A stretch of DNA of 64,000 nt from Candidatus Nanohalarchaeota archaeon (lineage in GTDB: Archaea; Nanohalarchaeota; Nanosalinia; Nanosalinales; Nanosalinaceae): assembly GCA_022729235.1 (NCBI GenBank), contig JALDAJ010000001.1, positions 736,001-800,000 of the forward strand, written 5' to 3'. A program made the position numbers and the translations under genes. Position 1 is the first letter of the stretch. Every line of letters starts with the position of its first letter. Of this stretch, positions 57,464-64,000 are shown one piece after another. Under the pieces are notes generated by a model. It was not told the DNA's origin and did no database searches. It saw only the letters and a program-made list of their open reading frames with translations.

Positions 57464-58246
57464 CTAGGATGCAAAACGTGACAGCTTCGCATCTCCCGGA
57501 AACTCCATGCCGTCTTCCGCGAACACGACTTTCGCGCCGATTTCCTCATCCAGCCACTCTTTCTGCTCGTCTAGGTCGGTGTCAAGGAACTTGTACCCGA
57601 AATGCGTCACTATAACAGTGTTGATGTCTAGGTCTTCTACGATATCCGGTATCTCGTCCAGAGAGGTGTGGCTGGGTACACTTTCATTCCTCGGTCTTCC
57701 ACAGTAGACTACTACGATGTCGCAGTCCTGGTAGAATGCTGTCAGCTCTTCCGAGTACTCTGTGTCCGTCCAGAAACCGACTGATTTTTCCTCTGTCTCC
57801 AGTATGAAGCCCTGGGTCTTGGGGTCGCCGTGGAACATCTGCTGCGACCTTATAGCCAGGTCTTTGAACTCGTGCTCCGAGCCTTCTTCAAGCGTTTCTA
57901 CGCGCCCAATCTGGTTCTGGTGGTAGTCGGTTATACATTTCTCTATATCTCCGTAACCTCTTAACACGGATTCGTTCGCAAACACTGCGCCTTCTTTCTC
58001 GTTAACCTCGGTTATCATCTCTATAAGCGCGTTCGCATCGTTGACGTGGTCGAGGTGTCCGTGTGAAACGATGACTGCTTCTGTCTCCTCTGGTTCGTCC
58101 ATCTCGTGGCAGTGCACGAGCGCTCCGGGTCCAGGATCGACATGTACCTGCGTCTCATCCGTCTTGACCAGAATACCTCCGGTTTTCCGTCTCTGAGTTC
58201 CTGTAACGTAGCGCCCTCCGCCTGTCCCTAGAAAATGGAGTTTCAT
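57464..58246 (-). CDS. Archaeal MBL-fold metallohydrolase (RNase Z-like superfamily)
   Basis: FLGTGGGR, VDPGPG, SHGHLDH, TDT, VTHFG. Confidence 0.9.
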   Translation of the reverse strand: MKLHFLGTGGGRYVTGTQRRKTGGILVKTDETQVHVDPGPGALVHCHEMDEPEETEAVIVSHGHLDHVNDANALIEMITEVNEKEGAVFANESVLRGYGDIEKCITDYHQNQIGRVETLEEGSEHEFKDLAIRSQQMFHGDPKTQGFILETEEKSVGFWTDTEYSEELTAFYQDCDIVVVYCGRPRNESVPSHTSLDEIPDIVEDLDINTVIVTHFGYKFLDTDLDEQKEWLDEEIGAKVVFAEDGMEFPGDAKLSRFAS

Positions 58247-58344
58247 GAGGTTTCAAGTCCTTGCTAAGTCTAATAATGTTTTCCTGTAGTTGGTTGCGGA
58301 TCTGCCCATGATTTCTAATAAAAGCTTTTGTCTCCAGTTGTTTA

Positions 58345-58656
58345 ATGGAGCTTATGAGTTCTGCTGAATATATAGATACTGTAGAAACCTCAAAAGGATC
58401 TAAGGTCGCCTATGGAACTTTTCTGAATGATGAAGGAGAGAAATATTCTGTCTGGGTGAGAGAGGGTGGTGGTTGTATGGATATAACTTTGAATCATGCT
58501 TGGGGAGATTCCAAAACATATGTTGTCGATGTAAATCCTCTAGATTCGGAGAAAAATCCTTGGCTGCCTGGTGATGACGAAGAACTTGGTAAGTTTGCAG
58601 ACTGGGCACTAAAGAAGTCTGATCAATGGAAGAGGACTATCCAGAAACTCGCCTGA
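58345..58656 (+). CDS. Hypothetical protein
   Basis: 103-aa ORF. Confidence 0.55.
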   Translation: MELMSSAEYIDTVETSKGSKVAYGTFLNDEGEKYSVWVREGGGCMDITLNHAWGDSKTYVVDVNPLDSEKNPWLPGDDEELGKFADWALKKSDQWKRTIQKLA

Positions 58657-58707
58657 GTAACTTCTCTTACCAAAACCTTTAATAGTGTCACTGAGCAATA
58701 ACAACAT

Positions 58708-58824
58708 ATGCAAGTGGCTGAACAGGCGTATGACGATGTCGCCCAGAAAAACCTTGAAGAGCTCAGAGAGGAAGTCCCTGTAAGGGACGTAGAGCTCCAG
58801 AGAAGGGAGTTTTCAACTGGGTGA
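58708..58824 (+). CDS. 38-aa ORF in frame with the downstream ORF (possible split gene)
   Basis: MQVAEQAYDDVAQKNLEELREEVPVRDVELQRREFSTG*; AAAACCTTTAATA promoter about 30 nt upstream. Confidence 0.55.
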   Translation: MQVAEQAYDDVAQKNLEELREEVPVRDVELQRREFSTG

Positions 58825-58830
58825 TTCTTT

Positions 58831-59145
58831 ATGGATAGAGTAGATATCGTGGATGTTGATGGTAATCGTTACGTTGCTGTCCCAGAGGTAAGTAGCTTGT
58901 CAGGAAAGATGGAAATAACTGTAGTAGATTACTCTGACAGGCACTTCCTGGATAATTCCCGGGAGAATGTTGGAGACACCACGGTAGTGGACGAGCAGTC
59001 GTATATGTCAAATCGTTGGTCGACCTACAGAAAAGTTATTGAGTCTATGAACCAAGACAATGAAGACCCAGTCGAAGCTATTCTTGGAGAAAATGTCAGT
59101 GAGGAAGAGCTTACAGGTTCGCCTACGGCAGGAGCCTTCAGGTGA
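58831..59145 (+). CDS. Hypothetical protein
   Basis: 104-aa acidic ORF, same frame as 58708-58824. Confidence 0.6.
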   Translation: MDRVDIVDVDGNRYVAVPEVSSLSGKMEITVVDYSDRHFLDNSRENVGDTTVVDEQSYMSNRWSTYRKVIESMNQDNEDPVEAILGENVSEEELTGSPTAGAFR

Positions 59146-59204
59146 TATTATCTGGGAAAAATGCTGAGTTCAAAGAGGTATCTATCAATATTTGAGGTGA
59201 GATC

Positions 59205-59426
59205 ATGACACAAGACGAAACACCGGCACTTCCCGCTGGCGATGATAAGATCATTGTCGCAGGAGACGCTGACGGAGACTTTGAATCTGCTCTAGAATAT
59301 GACGTGCATAGAGTAGAGCAGGGTGAGGTAGAGGACGTTGGTCTGGGATACGATGCAGACGGCGATGTAAGAGGAGAGATTTTGGGAGTATCTCAGTACC
59401 ACGAAGATGTAGACGTGATTAGGTAG
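59205..59426 (+). CDS. Small highly acidic hypothetical protein
   Basis: GAGGTGA SD; D/E-rich. Confidence 0.65.
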   Translation: MTQDETPALPAGDDKIIVAGDADGDFESALEYDVHRVEQGEVEDVGLGYDADGDVRGEILGVSQYHEDVDVIR

Positions 59427-59430
59427 TTCT

Positions 59431-61536
59431 CTACTTAACCTCACTCCCTATTTCCATTTCTTCTTCTGTTCCTAGCAGTGCTACGTTGCCGTCTTCGTCT
59501 TCTGCAGCGAGCATCATGCACTCGCTCTTCTCTCCCCGCAGTTCGGATGCTTCGAGGTTGGCTAGTACCACTACCATGCGTCCTTCCAGCTCTTCTGGTT
59601 CGTAGTGGTTGACGAGTCCGGCACAGGTCTGTAATTGCTCGCTTCCAACATCTATCTGGACTTTGTACAACCTGTCCGCGTTTGGATGTTCCTCTACTTC
59701 AATTATTTTTCCTATCCTGATGTCTATTTCCTGGAATTCTTCGAATGAAATCTCGTCTGTCATTTTGACACCCTCTGTTTCTTCATCTTGTTCCTCTTCT
59801 TTTTTATCCTCTGCATCGACCTTTTCAAAGAGTACTTCTCGCTCGCCGAGCTCGTGACCGGATTCGATTCCGCCTAGAAGAGGGTCGATGAACTCGTCGT
59901 AGCCTTCCTCGGCGTGTATATCCGTGTCTAGCATATCCTCTATCTTCTCCGAGGCTTCTGGTGTGAATGGGTACAGTAACACGGCGAGTCCTCTAACAAT
60001 CTGTACTGCGACCTGTAGCACTGCTTCTCTCCTGTCTTCATTGTTCCACGGTTCTTCCTCGCTTAAGTATTGGTCGCCGAGTCTCGCAAGTTCTAGCGCC
60101 TTGTTTAGTCCTTCACGAAGATTATGGTCTTCAAACGCTTCCTGGTACTCATCTACTATCTTCTCGGCGCGGTGGATAGCTTCCTCGTCTGCCCTCTCCA
60201 GTTCCCCAACAGGTACTTCGTTGTCGAACCATTTCTCGGTTAATGCGAGCGTCCGGTTGACGAAGTTGCCGACCGTGTCGTTGAGGACGTTATTGATCTC
60301 GGATTCGAAGTCGTCCCAGGAGAACGTGGTGTCCTGTCCCTGCGGCAGGTTGCGTGATAGGTAGAACCTCCAGTAATCTGAGGGGTACATGTCCAGTGCT
60401 TCCTCAGTGGAAAGCCCTTTACCCCGCGACTTCGAGAACTTGGTGTCTTCCGCGAGCAGGAACTCCTGGATGAATTCGTAGTAAGGCATTGTGTACTGTT
60501 CTTCTTCTGTCGAGGCACCTATCAGCATCGATGGCCAGATAACGGTGTGGAATATGGTGTTGTCCTTGCCGATTGAGTAGTATACCTTGCTCTGGTAGTC
60601 TTTCCAGTACTTCTTCCATGTCGCATCGGCTTCGCCGCTGCTTTCGTGACCTTTTTCGGCAAAAAGCTCACGTGTGAATCCGATGTATCCTATCGGCGCG
60701 TCGAACCAGACATAAAGCACCTTGTTATCGTATCTCTCTGGGTCGAGCTTCTGGACGTCGAGTCCTTCGTTTTCTATTCTTTCGTTGACTCTTTCTGAGG
60801 GTATTTCGAAGCCCCAGTTGATGTCTCTCGTGATGCACCGTTGTTCTGTTCCCTCGATAGCGTTCCTGACCTCTTCTATCTTCGAGTCAGGTACTGGCTG
60901 TGTATCCGCCTCTTCCAGCCATTCGTTCAGCTTGTCCTTGAACTGTGGCAGATCGAGGAACAGGTGTGTGGTGTCCCTGAACTCTATGTCGCGCTCGCCG
61001 CAGATCTGGCACTCCGGCTCGATTATCTCTTCTGGTTCAACTAACTTTCCGCAGTCATCGCATTGGTCGCCCCGCGCTAAACCTCCACAGTGCGGGCATT
61101 CACCTTCGATGTACCGGTCAGGTAAGAAGCGCTCGTCGTTTAAACAGTACGGCAGGTTCTGCTCTTTCTCTTTTATGTAACCCGAGCAGTAAAGTTCTTC
61201 GAACATGTCATGTGTCTGTTTCCGGTTGTACTCGCTGTGCGTGTCCGAGTAGATGGAGAAGTCCATGTCCATACGTTCCAGGACTTTTTTCACTTTCTCG
61301 TGCTGCTCCTGTTTCAGTTCTTCCACCGGGATTCCGCGTTCAATAGCTTCCAGTTCCAGCGGTGTGCCGTGCACATCACTTCCGCAGACGTAGATGTTAT
61401 CCGTGCCTTTCAGGTCAAGGTAGCGGTGGAATATATCCGCGGGGAGAAGGCTTCCTACGATGTTTCCAAGGTGAGGTACTCCGTGGATGTACGGCAGTGC
61501 CGATGTAACAGTTACGCGTTCGTGTTCGAAGGTGAT
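59431..61536 (-). CDS. metG: Methionine--tRNA ligase with C-terminal tRNA-binding domain; start codon non-canonical or miscalled
   Basis: The frame extends 54 codons beyond the track ORF to include TSALPYIHGVPHLGN (HIGH motif); Zn knuckles, YVWFDA, IGKDN, KFSKS, HPNAD.L domain; bounded upstream by an in-frame TGA. Confidence 0.95.
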   Translation of the reverse strand: MTFEHERVTVTSALPYIHGVPHLGNIVGSLLPADIFHRYLDLKGTDNIYVCGSDVHGTPLELEAIERGIPVEELKQEQHEKVKKVLERMDMDFSIYSDTHSEYNRKQTHDMFEELYCSGYIKEKEQNLPYCLNDERFLPDRYIEGECPHCGGLARGDQCDDCGKLVEPEEIIEPECQICGERDIEFRDTTHLFLDLPQFKDKLNEWLEEADTQPVPDSKIEEVRNAIEGTEQRCITRDINWGFEIPSERVNERIENEGLDVQKLDPERYDNKVLYVWFDAPIGYIGFTRELFAEKGHESSGEADATWKKYWKDYQSKVYYSIGKDNTIFHTVIWPSMLIGASTEEEQYTMPYYEFIQEFLLAEDTKFSKSRGKGLSTEEALDMYPSDYWRFYLSRNLPQGQDTTFSWDDFESEINNVLNDTVGNFVNRTLALTEKWFDNEVPVGELERADEEAIHRAEKIVDEYQEAFEDHNLREGLNKALELARLGDQYLSEEEPWNNEDRREAVLQVAVQIVRGLAVLLYPFTPEASEKIEDMLDTDIHAEEGYDEFIDPLLGGIESGHELGEREVLFEKVDAEDKKEEEQDEETEGVKMTDEISFEEFQEIDIRIGKIIEVEEHPNADRLYKVQIDVGSEQLQTCAGLVNHYEPEELEGRMVVVLANLEASELRGEKSECMMLAAEDEDGNVALLGTEEEMEIGSEVK

Positions 61537-61594
61537 TCACCTAGGGAAGTCTATGAAGGCAATTCTTTAAACAGCTTTCTTGTGTGACCTTGTG

Positions 61595-62362
61595 CTAGAT
61601 AATCCGTCTCTGTAGTTTTGCAAGGTTGGAGATGCCGTAGTCCGGGATCTGCATCTCGTCCGCATTCTTGAGTGTTTCTGAGTCTATGTCGCCGGACATG
61701 ACGGCTGCGGTCTTCATTCCCAGGTGGTTCCCGGTTTCGATATCTGCTAATCGGTCACCGATGAATATGGAGCGGTCAGGGAAGTAGCTGAAGTGTTTCT
61801 TGAAGTATTTCCTGAATATCTTCCCGGGTTTACCCGCGTCTACGGGTTCGGCGAATTCCTGGAGAGCGAGATTGACAGGTCCCTGGTGAGGCTGTTCTCC
61901 GTGGGATGTGCGGAATGTTTTCTCATTAGAGCAGATGTAGAGCTCGCCGGAACGCGCTATCCTGACGGCGCGTTTGAGCTTTGCGTAGCTGAAGTTCCTG
62001 TCGAAACCTACGACGACGATATCCGCGTCCTCGGAAAGGTAGATGTCACGTTTCTCGAGTTCCTCGATAAGACCGGATTCTCCTATTATGTATGCCTGGT
62101 TAACGTCCCTGTCTTCCAGGTGTTTCGCGACTGTATATGCGGAGGTTATGATGTCTTCTTTTTCGGCAGGGATTCCCATCGATGTCAGTTTCTTGGCGTA
62201 ATCTTCCCGTGTAAGTAGTGTGTTATCGGTGTGGAAATGGATTTTCTTTCCAGCCTCCCTGAGCGAATCGATGGTGTCTTCTGCCCCGATTATGGTTTCG
62301 TCCCAGTTCCAGAGGGTTTTATCCAGGTCGAAGAAGAAGTTCCTGAATTCATCTAGGTCCAT
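61595..62362 (-). CDS. HAD-superfamily IIA (NagD-like) phosphatase
   Basis: FDLDKTL, TDN, AGKP, IGDRLADI. Confidence 0.9.
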   Translation of the reverse strand: MDLDEFRNFFFDLDKTLWNWDETIIGAEDTIDSLREAGKKIHFHTDNTLLTREDYAKKLTSMGIPAEKEDIITSAYTVAKHLEDRDVNQAYIIGESGLIEELEKRDIYLSEDADIVVVGFDRNFSYAKLKRAVRIARSGELYICSNEKTFRTSHGEQPHQGPVNLALQEFAEPVDAGKPGKIFRKYFKKHFSYFPDRSIFIGDRLADIETGNHLGMKTAAVMSGDIDSETLKNADEMQIPDYGISNLAKLQRRII

Positions 62363-62400
62363 GGTCAGGGTTTTAACGTTTAAAGCTCTTATACGTGTCT

Positions 62401-63360
62401 ATGCCGTCGATAAGAGAGGCTGCGGAGAAGCTTTCTAAGAGGGGTAGTAGGACTGAGAGACTGGAGGAAAAGTTCTCGGAGATCGACTCTATCGATACAG
62501 GTTCTACAGTTAAGGAAGGGTTTCTCTCAAAGAGAGTTAAGGAGAGGGAGGCTCCGACTGTGGCGGGTGTTGATGGAGGTCTCGTGAAGAAGCGGTACTC
62601 GTCAGGTGACGTTATCGCCACAAGAGCGGTTGCGGCGGTTTTCAACTACGGGAGTTCCCTGGGTGTCAACTATATTCCTTCAAGGAGTCCGGAGCCAGAG
62701 TTCCACGTTTTCGGCGCCGAGGACTCACGGAGCCTTGACCGGAACGCGGAGACAGAACGTGTGAGAGCGGAGATAGAGGCTGTTTCAGAGGCTCTGGACG
62801 ATGCTGACATGGTTCTTCTTGACGGCTCGATAGTACCGAGTTACCTGGAGAGCGAGGAGGTTATTGAGATGTATGGAGAGGTTTTCGATGGTGCTGGTGA
62901 AGGCAACTTTGTCGGTGTTGTAGAGGATTCCTACGGTCTCAAGCTTTCACGGATCCTGGAGGATAGGCTGGGACTGGAGATAGGTGATGTACGGGATACG
63001 GTTATCATGGATGCTATACTTGAAGAAGGAGAGAGGAGCTTTGCCCGCCGATATTCGGACTCCCCTGTGGAGCACCCGGTACTCCAGGAGCTTGAGGACC
63101 GGCACGTGAACAGGATTCACACGTTCTACGTCAAGCTCTCCGACGGCGACCTGCCTCTTAGAGTTGACTATTATGGTGGAGTCGAGGAGGCGGATAGGAT
63201 CGCAGGAGTACTCCAGTCTGTAAAGGTCTCGGACCGTTATACAGTTCCCTCGCCAATTATCGAGGCGGATAAGAGGGCAAAGATCCCTGGGAAGTATATC
63301 AAGAGGCTTGAGAAACGTTTTGACCCTGCTCTTAGAAGACGGGATAGAAGGGCTTACTGA
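62401..63360 (+). CDS. nurA: NurA-family 5'-3' nuclease
   Basis: AGVDGG, E-containing helix, LLDGSI, Y..P.PIIEAD..AKI. Confidence 0.88.
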   Translation: MPSIREAAEKLSKRGSRTERLEEKFSEIDSIDTGSTVKEGFLSKRVKEREAPTVAGVDGGLVKKRYSSGDVIATRAVAAVFNYGSSLGVNYIPSRSPEPEFHVFGAEDSRSLDRNAETERVRAEIEAVSEALDDADMVLLDGSIVPSYLESEEVIEMYGEVFDGAGEGNFVGVVEDSYGLKLSRILEDRLGLEIGDVRDTVIMDAILEEGERSFARRYSDSPVEHPVLQELEDRHVNRIHTFYVKLSDGDLPLRVDYYGGVEEADRIAGVLQSVKVSDRYTVPSPIIEADKRAKIPGKYIKRLEKRFDPALRRRDRRAY

Positions 63361-63418
63361 AGGGTATTTGACTGGTGACGGGTTTAACTTTATTTAAGAG
63401 CTAGTTACAACTTCTCTC

Positions 63419-64000
63419 ATGAAGAAATTAACTGTTCTGGTTTTTCTCCTGTTTTTTTCAGGTTCTGTTCTAGCCCAGCACACGCAGGAGACCGGTGTCC
63501 CCCTGGAGAGTATTGAGGAGGGAGAGACATTTGAAGCCAGGAGTGATGAACTGGGAACTATAGAAGCTGTGGAGCTGGAGGTCCGGCACGATGATGAGTC
63601 TCCGCCATGGGATTCCGCTATAGAGGTTATGGGACAGGATTTTGATGTCATCGATGAAGAAAGGGTCAACGAGGATGAAGCTGTAATCATCGCCGAGACT
63701 GATAGTCCTGTCGAGATTTTTGAGTCGGACGTAGAGTTATACGCCGAGGCTAATGAAGAACTCCTGGCTGAAAATATAGTCCTGAAAGGCTCCCAGAGAT
63801 TCCAGGGTGTCGAATACGCTGAAGAGGAGGGGACAGGTATAGCTGAAACCTTTGACCCGGAGCTAAGTCTTTCCGTAGACCACCCGGACGGTGAAGAAAT
63901 GGAGTACACGTTCTATGATATAGACGATGACTCAGAACTCGGAGAGACGTATACGTTCACTACCTGTGGAGAGGACGGTAGACTTGGACCTTCACAGAGT
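63419..64000 (+). CDS. Secreted/surface acidic protein (partial; runs off the window)
   Basis: MKKLTVLVFLLFFSGSVLA signal peptide followed by acidic beta-rich sequence. Confidence 0.8.
   Translation, partial: MKKLTVLVFLLFFSGSVLAQHTQETGVPLESIEEGETFEARSDELGTIEAVELEVRHDDESPPWDSAIEVMGQDFDVIDEERVNEDEAVIIAETDSPVEIFESDVELYAEANEELLAENIVLKGSQRFQGVEYAEEEGTGIAETFDPELSLSVDHPDGEEMEYTFYDIDDDSELGETYTFTTCGEDGRLGPSQS

Noticed and set aside
58822-58824. Selenocysteine or alternative genetic code at the in-frame TGA
   Set aside because: No redox motif or SECIS-like hairpin, and TGA terminates many core genes in this window.
1876-63909. Numerous Ser-rich antisense ORFs in the track (e.g. 10677-11396, 36037-36513, 63394-63909)
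   Set aside because: Shadows of Glu/Asp-rich genes on the opposite strand (GAA/GAG read as TTC/CTC/TCx); they overlap well-supported genes.
1-64000. CRISPR array, tRNA/rRNA genes, integrase or transposase
   Set aside because: No regularly spaced repeats, no cloverleaf or T-loop signature in the spacers inspected, and no recombinase or transposase motifs in any ORF. This was by eye only; a covariance-model scan was not possible.

Overview
A compact, gene-dense archaeal chromosomal segment with a strongly acidic (Asp/Glu-rich) proteome, very short intergenic spacers, BRE-TATA promoters about 30 nt upstream of many start codons, and GGTGA/GGAGG Shine-Dalgarno sites inside operons. These traits and the gene content best fit a halophilic DPANN archaeon (probably Nanohaloarchaeota; inference). 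Most of the window is housekeeping: aIF-2beta (partial), an RPA32-like protein, MCM, TBP, RNase P Pop5/Rpp30, L15e, DNA ligase, TrmB, SppA, Elp3, Adk, CCA-adding enzyme, aIF-5A, histone, Nob1, TFB, Trm1, a complete A-type ATP synthase operon (H-I-K-E-C-F-A-B-[orphan]-D), TatD, Dcd, Ogt, aRF1, ValRS, MetRS and NurA. No tRNA, rRNA, CRISPR array, integrase or transposase was recognised. The main oddities are: (1) an uncharacterised three-gene cluster encoding a coiled-coil/HTH-like protein, an 818-aa endonuclease-IV-like TIM barrel with a very large insertion, and a nucleotidyltransferase fused to degenerate HEPN-like domains; (2) an integrase-free insert flanked by two 81-bp copies of the TFB 3' end that differ only at silent positions; (3) an otherwise intact metS with no canonical start codon upstream of its HIGH motif; (4) a possible uORF/hairpin leader on valS; (5) several small ORFs, operators, hairpins and pseudogenes missed by the ORF track.
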